Below, in pieces: positions 1-13,972 of a stretch of 64,000 bases of DNA. Position 1 is the stretch's first letter, and the number at the start of each line of letters is the position of its first letter. Below the pieces are notes generated by a model. It saw only the letters and a program-made list of their open reading frames with translations. It was not told the DNA's origin and searched no databases. Origin of the DNA: Octopus vulgaris (Eukaryota); NCBI GenBank assembly GCA_951406725.2, contig OX597827.1, positions 80,972,001 through 81,036,000 on the forward strand. The letters are read 5' to 3'. The position numbers and the translations under genes are program-made.

Positions 1-9
1 TTTATTTGT

Positions 10-315
10 TTGTTTGTTTCTGTGAAGAGAACGTGGCCATACTGGGGCACACTCTTAATGAGATTTTAGTCAAACAAATTGGCCCCAGAATTATCTTTTT
101 AAGCCTAGTACTTACTTTATCAATCTCTTTGCTGAGCTGCTAAGTCATGGGGACATAAACATACCCATACCAGTTACCAAGCAGTGCTGGGGGGACAAAC
201 ACACACAAATATATGTACACACATATATATACACAGACAATGGGCTTCTTTCAGTTTCTGATGCTACGGCAGAAGATACTTGCTTAGTGTGCCACACAGT
301 GGGATTGAACCCATG
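10..315 (-). mobile_element. Diverged SINE family A
   Basis: tggccatactgggg...aagcctagtactt...gggcttctttcagtttc...gtgggattgaaccc. Further partial copies at about 5138-5395(+), 24483-24640(+) and 25275-25385(-). Confidence 0.7.
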
Positions 316-788
316 CTGCTCCAGTCTGTTGGTAAATACATATCAGATACACTTGCATTGTTTTAGGAACAACATCCAACTCATATGAAGTAACAGTGTT
401 GCCATATTCTTGTGACACAAACCCTGCACTAAGAGAACCAATTCCAAAGAACAGTTATTAATAGCTGACTAATCCCATCTCTCCTCAACCCTCTCTCTCT
501 GTCTCTGTCTCTGTCTCTGTCTCTCTCTCTTTATGGTGACTACTTCAATCCATCACCTCCCTCCCTCCCTCCCTTCCTAAATTAATGCTCTGTATGAGGA
601 CACCTTCTTACCATACAGTTCTTTGAGAAGCTAGTATCAGCAGAACTTCAAAGGAGAAATGGTGCCTCACACAATAAATATTGTTTTGATTTTATAATCA
701 GTGTTATCGTCTTTTATCTTGTGCATGTTTCATGGACTTCTAGACACAAACCCATAAAACAGGAGTTTTTATAATATATATATACATT

Positions 789-949
<161 letters not shown>

Positions 950-1291
950 ATATAAGTGTGTGTGTATATGTATTCATGTATGTGAGTGTGACTGTATATG
1001 CACATATATACATACACACATATACAAATATATAAACATAACTCACATACACATATATATTTAAATATATTCAATATAAATATATACATACAATATATGA
1101 TTACATATATATAATATATCTCTGTCTATGTAAATATTTATCTATCTTTCAGTTCATATGTGTATGTGTGTGTGTATGTATATATATATCTGTATAATGA
1201 TGGTGATATATATATATCAATGACACCTTCAATATATAGATATATATATTTAATGATACCTTCGCAAATTAATATATATATATATATACAC

Positions 1292-1335
<44 letters not shown>

Positions 1336-1362
1336 GTGTATATATATATATATATATATAGG

Positions 1363-1530
1363 AAAAGCGTTAGGAAGGGCATCCGCGTTAGGAAGGGCAT
1401 CCAGCCGTAGAAACATTGCCAGATCAAACTGGGCCTGGTGCAGCCTTCTGGCTTCCCAGACCCCAGTTGAATCGTCCAACCCATGCTAGCATGGAAAGCG
1501 GACGCTAAACGATGATGATGATGATGATGT
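1363..1530 (+). mobile_element. RTE 3' UTR/tail copy (tail-to-tail with the 1558-2490 element)
   Basis: gcgttaggaagggcatccagccgtagaaac...catgctagcatggaaagcggacgctaaacgatgatgatg. Confidence 0.85.
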
Positions 1531-1557
1531 ATGTATGTATGTATATATATGTATATG

Positions 1558-2490
1558 TCATCATCATCATCACCAACATCATCGATTAATGTCCGCTTTC
1601 CATGCCAGCATGGGTTGGATTGTTTGACTGAGGACTGGCGAACCAGATGGCTGCACCAGGCTCCAATCTGGTCCGGCAAGGTTTCTACAGGTTGATGCTC
1701 TTCCCAACGGAGATCACTCCGAGAGTGTAGTATTTTTACATGCCACTGGCACGAAGGCCTGTCAAGCTGTACTGGCATCAGTCACGACAATGATTTCACT
1801 TGACTCAACAGGCCATCTCAGGCATATTCTATTGCCCATTGATTGAAGGGTACTTTTAAATGGGTTGGTTATGCGATACTGGCATATACCACGGTTACAG
1901 TTGCAGTAGGCTTGCCTGCTCTTCCTAATTACAGCAAATCTCCAAAGGTCTTGGTCGCTTGTCATTGCCTCCGTGAGGCCCAATATTCAAAGGTTGTGCT
2001 TCACCACCTCATCCCAGATCTTCTCGGGTCTACCTCTTCCACAGGTTCCCTCCAGTGTTACGAGGTGACACTTCTTCACACAGTTGTCCTCATCCATACA
2101 CAGCACATGACCATACCAGCGCAGATGTCTCTCTTGCACACCACATCTGATGCATCCTATGTCCTCCTTTTCTCTCAGAGCGCTTGCACTCTGTCGTGTG
2201 TGCACACTGACATTACACATCCACCAGAGCATACTAGCTTCATTTCTTTCAAGCCTAGCCATGTCTTCAGCAGTCACAGCCCATGATTCACTGCCATGTA
2301 GCATGGCTGTTTGCATACATGCGTCATACAGTCTACCTTTCACTCTGAACGAGAGGTCCTTTCTTACCAGCATAGGCAGGAGCTCTCTGGACTTTGCCCA
2401 GGCTATTCTTATTCTAGCAGCTATGCTTTCAGAGCATCCACCCCCACTGCTGACTTGGTCACCTAGGTAACGGAAGCTATAGTGATGCAC
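1558..2490 (-). mobile_element. 5'-truncated RTE-clade LINE: RT thumb/C-terminus, 3' UTR and (GAT)n tail
   Basis: ORF 1987-2490 has FRYLG, ARIRIAWAK, KGRLYDAC..AMLHGSESW, LRWYGHVLCM and GRGRP..W, typical of the RTE ORF end. It is followed on the minus strand by the window's abundant tail ...ggacattaatcgatgatgatg. Confidence 0.9.
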
Positions 2491-3704
2491 CTCTTATGTG
2501 TCCATAGCTTACACTGGGTATGTGTGTGCATGTATATATACATATATACATACATACATACATATATATGTGTGTGTGTGTGTATACATGTAGATAGATA
2601 GATACATACATAGGCACATAGATTGATGGATAGATTGATACATATACACATGCATACATACATTTATACATACATACAAACTTACATATATGCATACATA
2701 CATACATACATACACACACACATACATACATACATACATACTCACACACACACATACATACATACATAAATACATACACACACACATACAAACATACATA
2801 CACACATACACACATACATACACATACATACACACATACAGACATACTCACACACACACATAAATACATACATACACACACACACATACATACGTACATA
2901 TATGCATACATACATTTGTGCTTGTTTGCTGCTTTGCTGAAGCGTAGCTGATAACTGAGTGCAAGTGTTGCGTTATTAGTCAGCAGTGACCAAACTCTTC
3001 CTTTCACCAACTCTCTCTCCAATACAAAGCCTGGACACAAGCATTGCAGGACAAGCCCACACCCTGTCAAATGGACAGCTGGATCCAACAGAGGGTCAAC
3101 AACTGACTAGCATCAGTGGTGTGGAGGACAGAGATGTACTTGAGATGGTGAGCAAATGCATGGGTAATGTGTCGAGTGAGGGGCTTCTGGCCCTTGCTGG
3201 AATACTTGTCTGAGAGTGGAATAGGGGGGTAATTAAAGGGGTAAATAGAAGGTAGACAGAGCTTCTGAACCAGGGTATGGGAAAGCAGACTGGCAGAAAG
3301 AAAGGACTCTAAAATAAAAGACTTGCGCTCGCTCCTCTGGGGATTTTTTGGGAAGGGCTTCGGAGCTGACTTTCCAACAACTTTGGCCACGTTTTTGAAT
3401 TAACATCCCTTCCATTTGTGGTCACACAACACACACACACACTTACAAACACACACACATTCACACTCATACATACTGACATGCACATGCACTCTCTCTC
3501 AAACACACACACACATTCACACACTCACTCACTGCTGTGCATCCCTTTTACACAAAGTAATCTACAACAGTAAATAGTTTATCCCACATTTATTGGGCTA
3601 TCACACACATGTGATATCCAAAGAACCTCAAGTGATATGATCATTAATATCCTATAATGATATATATATATGCATACATACACACACACACACACACACA
3701 TATA

Positions 3705-3762
<58 letters not shown>

Positions 3763-3765
<3 letters not shown>

Positions 3766-3890
3766 TAGTACCTCGGTTTTCAAACACCTCTGATCAAGAA
3801 TAAATTGTGCTTTATTTCCTGTCTTTCTCAGATTCATTTAATACAGTAGTACCTTGGTTTATGAATGCTTCTGATCGTGAATAAACTGTG

Positions 3891-3937
<47 letters not shown>

Positions 3938-3955
3938 TACATATATACATGTAAA

Positions 3956-4007
<52 letters not shown>

Positions 4008-4055
4008 GCACAATTTATTCATGATCAGAGGTGTTCGAAAATTGAGGTACTACTG
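3763..4055. mobile_element. Tigger/pogo-like MITE with duplicated left end and microsatellite core
   Basis: TA|cagtagtacctcggttttc... at 3763 and again at 3844. Inverted end ...gaaaattgaggtactactg|TA at 4055. Confidence 0.75.
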
Positions 4056-4896
4056 TATATATATACATATATATTATAGTTGTCCACATAAACCGTCATT
4101 AATATAAAACAATGATATATAAACGATATACATATTCACTGGTTATCAGTAGATGAAGCATCATTTAAATATTACATCTCATGTTTTATTAGGTTTGATA
4201 TGAATATAATATGAATATAAATATAAATTATAAATTGGGAAATACACACACACACACACACACACACACATCATTGTATGTTTTCTTCTGTTCTTAATTA
4301 TATAAATTCTACCCCTGAGCAAGGAGCTGGTTGCTAACATAGATACAAAGCTCCACTGTTGGAATGTAGATAATGAAAACAAAATCACATTTTAAACTTG
4401 AGAAATGTAGAAGGGTGAATATAAACAGAAAAGACAAGGAAAGAAAAGAAAGAAAATTAGAGTGATGTCATCTTTGACTGTAAATCCATAATTAAGCTAG
4501 TTGTTGCAGAATAATTCAACAGAGAGGGGTCCAAAGTCTGCAGGACAACTGCTTAATTCAGAGAGAGTGGTGTCCTTCAGTTTACCAAAAGAAATTTATA
4601 CATATGCTTGCATTTGCTGAAAATTTCTGATCTGGAATTTGATAACATGCAGAAGTTGATCAGTAATACTGAATGACCATTCAATATTAATGATCAACTT
4701 CTAATTGTTACCTGTTGCTCCATTTTTTCTCTTCTATATATATATGTATGTGTGTGTGTATGTGTGTGTGTATACATGCATATATATATATATATAGTTA
4801 ATCCAAACATGAAAACACAAAGAGAAAACAACAACGCAAGGACGTGGAACAAGTATAGAGTTATTGGATGCTCAGGAAGGGAAAGAAAGAAGGAGG

Positions 4897-4931
4897 ATTT
4901 AATGTTTCGAGCGGAGCTCTTCATCAGAAAC
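4897..4931 (-). ncRNA. Minimal Penelope-type hammerhead motif
   Basis: Minus strand reads CUGAUGA-A-GAGC-UCC-GCUC-GAAAC-AUUA, inside a repeat (4797-4995) also present at 18423-18620. Confidence 0.6.
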
Positions 4932-5244
4932 ATAGAAAAAGGAAAGGTCCAAGGAAGGGAAGACAGAGGGAAAAAATTGCCAACGATACACACGCAGTCA
5001 CACACACACACACGCATATATATATATATATATATATATGTGTGTATATGTATGCATGGGTGTGTATGTGTGTGTGTTATGTATTTTTTTAATTTCATGT
5101 TATTCATTTTCATCTTAATTTAAACATATTTAAACACAGTTCAATCCCACTGTATGCTACTTTGGGCAAGTCTTTTCTGTTGCCTTGGGCTGACCACATC
5201 CTTGTGAGTGGATTTGGTAGATGGAAACTGAAAGAAGCCCCCAT

Positions 5245-5298
<54 letters not shown>

Positions 5299-5499
5299 TA
5301 TAAAATTATGTGTGTGCCTGTGTTTATCCCCCACCACTGCTTGACAACCAGTGTTGGTGTGTTTATGTTACCAAAACTTAGCAGTTCAGGGGAAGAGACT
5401 GGATGGCCATGGATGGAATGCCTTTGATCAAAGAGCTACTTGATTATGGTTGACTTGAGTTAAAGAACAATTATAACATCTGGATTGCTTATCAGATGT

Positions 5500-5775
5500 T
5501 GCTGCTCTGTAGCCCCAGGTCAGTCCTGATCCAGCAGACCTATGATCAAAGATATTCCAGCTGTGACCATCCCATCATTTACTCAGATAAATGTATCTAG
5601 GAATACATAATTTAATGTACAATTTGTAGGTAGTATGGGTGGTTATAGTTTTTGTTGTTATTTGAGTGTTTAACCCTGAGAGTGTATCTAGGAACACAGT
5701 TTCACTTTTTTAAGATATCAAAGTGATTCGAAGGAGACTTGGCTGCTATTTCTAGCGGGTAAATGATCACATTCA
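5500..5775 (-). mobile_element. Old interspersed repeat family C (SINE-like, (CAA)n end)
   Basis: Shared blocks ccccaggtcagtcctgatccagcagacctatgatcaaag and gatttggctgctatttctagc recur at about 6210, 26520, 28095, 37455, 37790 and 57000, and inverted at about 39560 and 43850-44200. Confidence 0.6.
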
Positions 5776-6711
5776 GATTCTCTTATATGCTTGTTTCTCT
5801 TGATTAGTTAGAAATTGGTAAGGGGAAAGTGGTATGGCTGCTTGGAGTGACTCTTCCCCTCGCATATCACAGGTATTTATAGAACTAACCTAGACCTAGT
5901 AACAATACTATAATTCTGTTATTTTATTCTTTCACTGTGGCCATACTGGAGCACCACCTTCAAAGACATTATAGAATATATGCTGAAACATAGCAGTTGA
6001 TTGGGATCGGTTTTGAGGGTTCCAATTTCTCCTGAGTCAGGTTTGAGTTCAAGACGTAGGCCAAAGGTCACTTGGCATTTAGAATTCCAAAGTCATGGGT
6101 TATAAGAGCAAATCTTAGGTATTAGGTATTATGACCCTACTTCACCTAATTCTACAAAAACAGACCCTCATCTGGGAATCTTACTGATGTTTGCTATTGT
6201 TGCTGTTGTTGTTTTGGCCCCAGATCAGCTGGAATCCATCAGACTGAGTATCTAACAGATTTGAGATCTGATTATTCCATCTTTTTTGGACATCAGGGAC
6301 TACACTGAATGTGTAGAATGTGATTTGAGGGAGATTTGGCTGTTATTTCTAGTAAAAGCAAGTGACATCACAGAGGTTCATTGTGGTTGTTCATTACTTA
6401 TGACTACATGTAAGGTATCTAGGCTAGACTAGCATCCTTCCCTGGAGAACTATGATCTCCCTTCCATTCCACAAATATTTAAACAGAGAATCAAATGTCT
6501 GCTGTGTCCAGACCCTATGGAGATGGAACGGGGTCAGGGGTGGACTACCTGGCATATTGCTACACTGGGTCATAACCACCACCACCACCACCACCACCAC
6601 CACCTCACTGCATATAGCTGTGTGTGGAGGGATTAGGTAACATGAGCAATCAATGAACCATCCTGTATAGATATCCCATTGTTGGGTATGTGTGTGTGTG
6701 TGCGTGTATGC

Positions 6712-6771
<60 letters not shown>

Positions 6772-6937
6772 TCATCATCATCATCATCGTCATTTAACGT
6801 CCGTTCTCCATGCTAGCATGGGTTGGACGGTTCGACCGGGGTTCTGGGAAGCCAGAAGGCTGCACCAGGCTCCAGTCTAATCTGGCAATGTTTCTACAGC
6901 TGGATGCCCTTCCTAACGCCAGCATGCCCTTCCTAAC

Positions 6938-6940
<3 letters not shown>
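6772..6940 (-). mobile_element. RTE 3' tail copy
   Basis: Reverse complement of the same tail consensus, inserted in (TA)n. Confidence 0.85.
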
Positions 6941-7023
<83 letters not shown>

Positions 7024-7092
7024 TTGCTATGTTTTTGCATAGATATAAATATATATGTATGCATGTATACATGTATGTTTGTATGTATATAT

Positions 7093-7168
<76 letters not shown>

Positions 7169-8270
7169 ATATATATATGTATATATACACACACAAACAT
7201 ACATAAATAGATTGCTTTCTATGTATTTGCACACACACACACACACACATATATATATACACACACACAGATATACATAAATAGATTGCTTTCTATGTAT
7301 TTGCATATACACATATATATATACATATACATATACATATATATATATATACACACACACACATATACGCATGCACACACACACAATCAACCATAAAAGT
7401 TTTATTGCTGTTTCTTGGTGTGCTGTAAACATAATATTATACACGTAGATGTAATATAGTTGTAATATATATACATACATGCAAACACACACACACACAC
7501 ACATGCACACACTCACATACACACACACCCCTACACACACGGTGATATCAATGACACATCAATTACTATATTGGATACTTTTCCCATTCAAGTGACTTTT
7601 ATGTCTCCATAACAAGTCAGGGTGTGTGTGTGTGTGTGTGTGTGTGATGGGGTGGTGGTGCATATTGGTGAGGTGGTACGTGTGAAGGTGTGGCGTGTGT
7701 AGTCTTTGGTATTGGCTGTAGTAGTCAGGTGTGATGTGTGACAATTACAACCGCAGCCAACAGCAAAGAGAATCGACTGAAGACGACCCCCCCCACCCAC
7801 CATCTTCTGGTAAGACACGCAGGAATATTTCAGTAATGGCAAACCCTGTCACTGGATGTGTGAAACTGATTGGTTTGATGTGTGTGGACAGAATATCTGA
7901 TGCTCTAACCGATGTACGAGTATACCTAGGACTCAGATATATATACATACACACATTCATTTATACATACATACATATACATCTATATGTGCATGTGTGT
8001 GTGTGTGCGTGTATACTTTATTTGTAGGTTAACAAGACAACCAATGGTTTCATGTGAAGACATCTTCACAGTTGTTTGAGTGTGTCACATGGAACTGTCA
8101 GTACCTATCTTCATTTTGGATGTGTGTATATATATATATGTTCAGCAAAATTTAGATTCAAATGAATGTGGTACTTAAATTAGATGCACCAGAATTTTGT
8201 ATGGTGTTATCCATATAAATCCATGGGGTGATTATAATGAAAATAAACAACAAGAATATCTTCGGCAATT

Positions 8271-8354
8271 TGGTACAATCGTTTCACGCTACATCATTTT
8301 ATTAAACATTGTAAGTATTACAACAGTTTTAAAATGTTGAGCAATCATCAGCCA
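8271..8354 (-). ncRNA. Type I hammerhead ribozyme with long stem II
   Basis: Minus strand reads UGG-CUGAUGA-U-UGCU...AGCG-U-GAAAC-GAUU-GUA-CCA. Inner pairings CAUUUU/AAAAUG and UUGUAA/UUACAA. Confidence 0.7.
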
Positions 8355-8869
8355 TTTATAGAGGTTTTCCATCAATACATATACTTATTTTCATGTTAAT
8401 TGATAACATTATCAAGAGGGTAGATATATATAGAGAGATGTTGATTTGAATGTTAAGAACATTAAGGTATTAGAGCAGTTCAAAATAACTTAAAGAATAT
8501 TAGATAAACTCTAATACCTTAATGTTCTTAAAATTCAAATCAACATCTCTGTCTATATATCTACCCTCTTTATAATGCTATCAATTAACATGAAAATAAG
8601 TATATGTATTGATGGAAAACCTCTATAAATGGCTGATGATTGCTCAACATTGGTACTTAAGTTAAAGGCACCAGAATTTTGCATGGTATTATCCATATAA
8701 ATCAAATGGGGTGATTATAATCAAAATAAGCAACAAGGATATCCAAGGTAGAGTAGTACAATTGTTTCATGCTACTTCATTTTATTTAACACTTTAAGTA
8801 TTACATTAGCATGAAACAATTGTACTACTCTGATACCTGTTGATATCCTTGATTGCTTATTTTGATTAT

Positions 8870-8956
<87 letters not shown>

Positions 8957-9346
8957 CATATATATATTTTTTGTATATGCCTTATCCATAAACTGGTGCC
9001 TTCTTTTCATCAATAACCATTTTAACATCAGGCAGATTAAGTCAGACAGACATGCCTACATCAGTATCTTTCAAACCAGTCCAGTGCATCTACCCTGGCA
9101 CCGAGGTGTCAGCAGAGACCCTTGTGAGGTCATCACCTTTTAAATCAATCAGTTAGTGAACCAACTTCATAAACATTAATCAATAAAGCATCATTTCCTT
9201 GAATCTATCAATGAACTCAGACATTATGTTATATTAGAGGTAGACCTCATACCTTATGGACCATTTATAACGTCCAGAACAGCTACACTGGGAGGGAATG
9301 CAGATCTAACCATTGCTTATTGGTATCCTGTGCAACTCAATACATA

Positions 9347-10203
9347 CAGAGTGTGGTGAATGAATTGTTGTCTAAATTACACTAAAATAAAAATAACACT
9401 GACATCTCATTTTAACAGATATATTTACCAAAATTACATAAAAATATCTTGAAATACTAAAGAGTAAGTTTATTCAATAAAATCGCCATTGGCTTCAACC
9501 ATATCTTCCAGACGACTTTAGAATCTTTTGCAACTCTTCTGGATTGTCTCCTTGTTTAAGTTGGTGAATGCTGCCATAATCCTTGCCTTCAGTTCATCTT
9601 TGGTGTTACAAGGAGTTTTGTTGGTCTCTCACTCAACTGTGCCCCACTCATAATAATCTAGGGGGTTGCAGTGTAGGGATTTAGGTTACCAGATTTTAGG
9701 GGTGATGTGGTCGCAGAAATTGTCTGACAGCCATGACTGGGTTCTTCCGCTTGTGTGGCATGGCGCAGAGTCTTGCTGCCATATGTAGGGTCTTCCAGCA
9801 GCCACCCTCTTGACCCAGGGCAGCACTACCTCCTCCAGACACTTCATGTAGACTGCCATGTTCAGTCTGAGGCCATGTGGGAAGATAAATGGAGGCATAA
9901 CATTGCCAAAACTAGTGATCACTCCAAACACCATGATGTTGACTGGATGTTTGATTTTTATCACTCTTGATACATGTCCTCAGATTGCACTGCCCTCAGA
10001 TTGACATCCAACCATTCTGAAATGTTCATGCTGGAGCTTCCAATGCAAATACCAAGCAGTACAGTTTGTCATTTCCAAATTTCTTGCAGAGTAAATTGTG
10101 TCAAGGTGCTGTTTTTCTCACAAACGGTGCCCAACTGACCCTACTGTACTGTGTAGTCAACAAAAATAAAAATATAACATGACAGTTTACCCATTACACC
10201 CTG
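9347..10203 (-). mobile_element. Internally deleted Tc1/mariner element of the DD37D (maT) type
   Basis: TA-flanked TIRs cagagtgtggtgaat / ttacaccctg. VMVFG-like motif, WQQDSAPCH, and NPLDYY 37 residues after the second D. Confidence 0.85.
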
Positions 10204-10312
10204 TATGTATATATATATATATATACACACCCATATAAATATACATATATATATATACATATATATATATATCATCATCATCATCGAAAGCGGACGCTAA
10301 ACGATGATGATG

Positions 10313-10436
<124 letters not shown>

Positions 10437-10758
10437 TAAATTAGAGACAAAACCACTATTAGGCAAATCAAACAATGAAAAACTTAAGCCAATACATATG
10501 ATTAATTTATATTATTTAAATATATAACAAAATTATTAAAAAAATATAATTAATATCACACTACGATTTTTTTAATAATTTTGTTATATATTTAAATAAT
10601 ATAAATTAATCATATGTATTGGCTTAAGTTTTTCATTGTTTGATTTGCCTAATAGTGGTTTTGTCTCTAATTTAATATAATATAATATTTTACTATAAAA
10701 TTGGATTCAATCCTAAATCTGATTTTTCCCTGTAAGTTTGGATTTATTCCCTAATATT

Positions 10759-10806
<48 letters not shown>

Positions 10807-10824
10807 GTATATTTTCTCCTACTT

Positions 10825-10863
10825 GTCTCCGATGACAGAATATCCCTGAAACAGCAGTAAGAC
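10825..10863 (+). ncRNA. Minimal hammerhead motif (U4C variant)
   Basis: GUCU-CCGAUGA-CAGaauauccCU-GAAAC-AGCA-GUA-AGAC. Stem I GUCU/AGAC is perfect. Confidence 0.55.
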
Positions 10864-11098
10864 TTTGAATTTTTTCCAATAATAATATTGTATATCACTT
10901 GAGATGTTTGCCTCACCTTAACGTTTGTTGTCCTCTTCAATAATTATATATCTGCTATATCTGAAACCTTGCAATGGCTCCATAACTACTGTCTTGGCTA
11001 TAACCTGGGAGCCCTAATAATCCATTACAGCACTTACTTAGTGTACCTAATCATTTAAATCACCTGTGAACTAAACCCCCAAAATTTGTGTGTGCGTG

Positions 11099-11142
<44 letters not shown>

Positions 11143-11175
11143 CATGTATATATATGCATGTGATGTTTATATATG

Positions 11176-11211
<36 letters not shown>

Positions 11212-11339
11212 TGTATACACTCACTCACACAACCATGCATACACACACATAGACAATGACATAAACATCTCATTGACTGATATATAACCACACATATGTT
11301 GGTAGTATTTTCTGTGCTGGAGTTTGGCAAAACATGTTT

Positions 11340-12090
11340 TTTTTTGAGAACCCTATGACTTGCCCAGGGCAGCTGTGACCGAATCAGGATTGAGTGTATG
11401 GAGGCCTGTTCAGCACAAGAAAGTATCTCGATCAGAAATGTGGTCTGGTCACTTAATGTCAAGAATTATTCCAAAGTAAATGGTATGGAAGTGGTTTATC
11501 TTCTTTACCTGTAGTTGATAGCCAGTCCCTATTTCACAGCCCCGCAAAGAGTAGAGTGAGAACTATGGCCCAGTACATCTTTATCTTTGTTTCTGGAGTG
11601 ATGCCTTTCCTGTTTCGAGTTGGCTGAATGTGGCTCTGGCCTTGGTGAATCAGACATTCCTTTCATCATCATGATGACAATTCAGGAGAGTACAATTCCC
11701 GTCTAGGTGAACTTATCCACCATACTGGTAGATAAGATGTAGGGTTCAACAGATGTTTTTTCTTTTCTTCCTCTAGCCAACTGATGATGCATCACTTTTA
11801 GTTTTCTTTGTATCGGCCATCAAAGTGGAATTGTTGCAGACATCAGAGAACTTGTCAAAACTGTGTTATCGTGCATCAGCCTCTAAGGGCAGCATCGAAC
11901 GTCCAGACATTGATGGATGATGCTGACGTTGTCTCTCTCTCCGAACATTGGTTTTGGCTTGAAGCCTTCTCAGATTGAAGATAAACCATTTCTGTAGCAT
12001 TTGATAGCAATGCCAACATCCTATATTTTTTAAGATTTTGCCAGCACAGATGAGGCTGAGCAGAGTGGGAGCCAGTATACCATCATGGTG
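11340..12090 (-). mobile_element. Highly decayed BovB/RTE-like LINE RT fragments
   Basis: Minus-strand peptides LLSLICAGKIL, FNLRRLQAKT and SIHSILIRSQLPWASH resemble BovB RT motifs (SLLSIAGKIL, FNLRRLQAKTK, QLRWAGH). Confidence 0.65.
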
Positions 12091-12224
12091 TAGATAGTGT
12101 ACAATGGGGAAGATATGTTTACATCTGAATATGTGAGTGTGTGTTTGTGTGTTTCGAGTGTCCTCAATTACACTGTCTTCTGTCAACATCATCAAAGATG
12201 GCTGATGGTTATGCATTGTGCTGG

Positions 12225-12402
12225 TGTCATGTATAAAGCACCCAATACACTCTGTAAAGTGGTTGGCATCAGGAAGAGCATCCAGCCTTAGAAACCATGC
12301 CAAAACAGATGACTGGATCCTGGTACAACTCTTTGGTTTGCCAGCTTCTGTCAAACCGTCCAACACATGCCAGCACGGAAAACAGACGTTAAAAGACGAT
12401 GT
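12225..12402 (+). mobile_element. Diverged RTE 3' tail copy
   Basis: gtggttggcatcaggaagagcatccagc...cagacgttaaaagacgatg. Confidence 0.7.
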
Positions 12403-12429
12403 TTATATATATATATATATATATGTGGC

Positions 12430-13475
12430 TGAGGAAAGTGCTACTGTTCAATACTCACTGGCAATGTTTGAATTTGGTTTACATTTAAAAAATAACTGTT
12501 CATTTAAAAATATAAATAGCTTGAAGTGTGGTAAAATAGGCCACAAAAAGTCACCCTAGGACAGATCCTAAAAAACAGCTCAATAGAAAAAAATTCACAT
12601 AAATGGATTATTGTTGACAAAAATACAAATGAACCTTAAAGGAAATTTGCGTATGTAAAAATTAATAACACAAATGTGAAGTTATAATTGGATACAGGCA
12701 GTAGTATGTCAATAATTAACAGATACATTTAAAAAACAGGGAAACCTAAATTAAATGAAACTTCAAATATTGCCCATGGTGTTTCAGGAAAAAAAGTTAT
12801 ATTTTAAGGGAAAATTGATAAGTAACATTACATTTCATGAAAAAAAACCCTTAAAAACTAAAGTTTTTGTGTTAAATAATGCCACAAATTTATTCAGAAC
12901 TAACTGGATGGAATTATTTAACTTATGGGACCTCCCCATATTTTCTGTAAAAATGTGAATGGTCTTTCCTTCAGTTATCGTAAGTCATCAAATGAATTGA
13001 AAAAATAGAAATTAAAAAGTAATTTTCCTGAAGTTCTGACTGATAAATTAGGTCTGTGTACCAAGATGAAGGCATGGTTTCAAATAAAAGAAAATACCAT
13101 ACCAGTATTTAAACAAAAACAAACTGTACCATTCACATCATTAGAACAGATTAATTTAAGGGAGACTAGAAAAAATTGAAGTTATTCAGAAAATGGAATA
13201 TAGTCAATGGGCCTCACCAACTGTGCATGTTAAGAAAAAGAGGGACAAAATCAGAGTGTCTGCTGGTTTTTGCACTGGTTTAAATGAATGTCTTAAAACA
13301 AGCCACTACTTGCTACCTACTCCAGAGGATATTCTTGCAAAATTAAATGGAAGCAAGGTATTTTCTAAATTGGATCTATCTGATGCATACCTACAAATTA
13401 GAGAAGACAGTGAATGCTCTAAATATCTAACAATTGAGACACATAAAGGACTCTATAAATACAACAGGTCACTAT
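12430..13475 (+). mobile_element. Ty3/gypsy LTR-retrotransposon gag-pol remnant (zinc knuckle, aspartic protease, RT N-terminus)
   Basis: KCGKIGH knuckle (about 12524), LDTGSSMSIIN protease motif (about 12688), and SQWASPTVHVKK..IRV..F..GLN...LPTPEDILAKLNGSKVFSKLDLSDAYLQI (ORF 13193-13516). Stops and frameshifts present. Confidence 0.88.
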
Positions 13476-13569
13476 TTGCCTGGGAAGCCAGGAGGGTCCA
13501 CCAGGCCCCAATCTGATCAACATAGATATATATATGTATATATACATACATATATGTATGTATACATAT

Positions 13570-13918
13570 AGATTGTTACCAGCATCCCCTTACTGGCACA
13601 TGTGCCGGTGGCATGTGATAAACATTCAAGGGAGGTTGTTGCCAGTGCCGCCGGACTGGCTCCTGTGCAGGTGGCATGTAAAAAAACACCACATGAGCTT
13701 GGTCATTGCCAGTACCGCATGACTGGCCCTTGTGCTGGTGGCACGTAAAAGCACCATCTATACTCTCAGAGTGGTTGGCGTTAGGAAGGGTTTCCAGCTG
13801 TAGAAACTCTGCCAGATCAGATCGGAGCCTGGTGCAGCCATCTGGTTCGCCAGACCTCAGTCAAATCGTCCAACCCATGCTAGCATGAAAAGCAGACGTT
13901 AAACGATGATGATGATGA
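13570..13918 (+). mobile_element. RTE 3' UTR copy with 3 GTGC-N-GGTG-GCAC modules and tail
   Basis: Modules at about 13602, 13665 and 13732, then ttggcgttaggaaggg... and the (GAT)n tail. Confidence 0.85.
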
Positions 13919-13928
13919 TATGTGTGTG

Positions 13929-13972
<44 letters not shown>

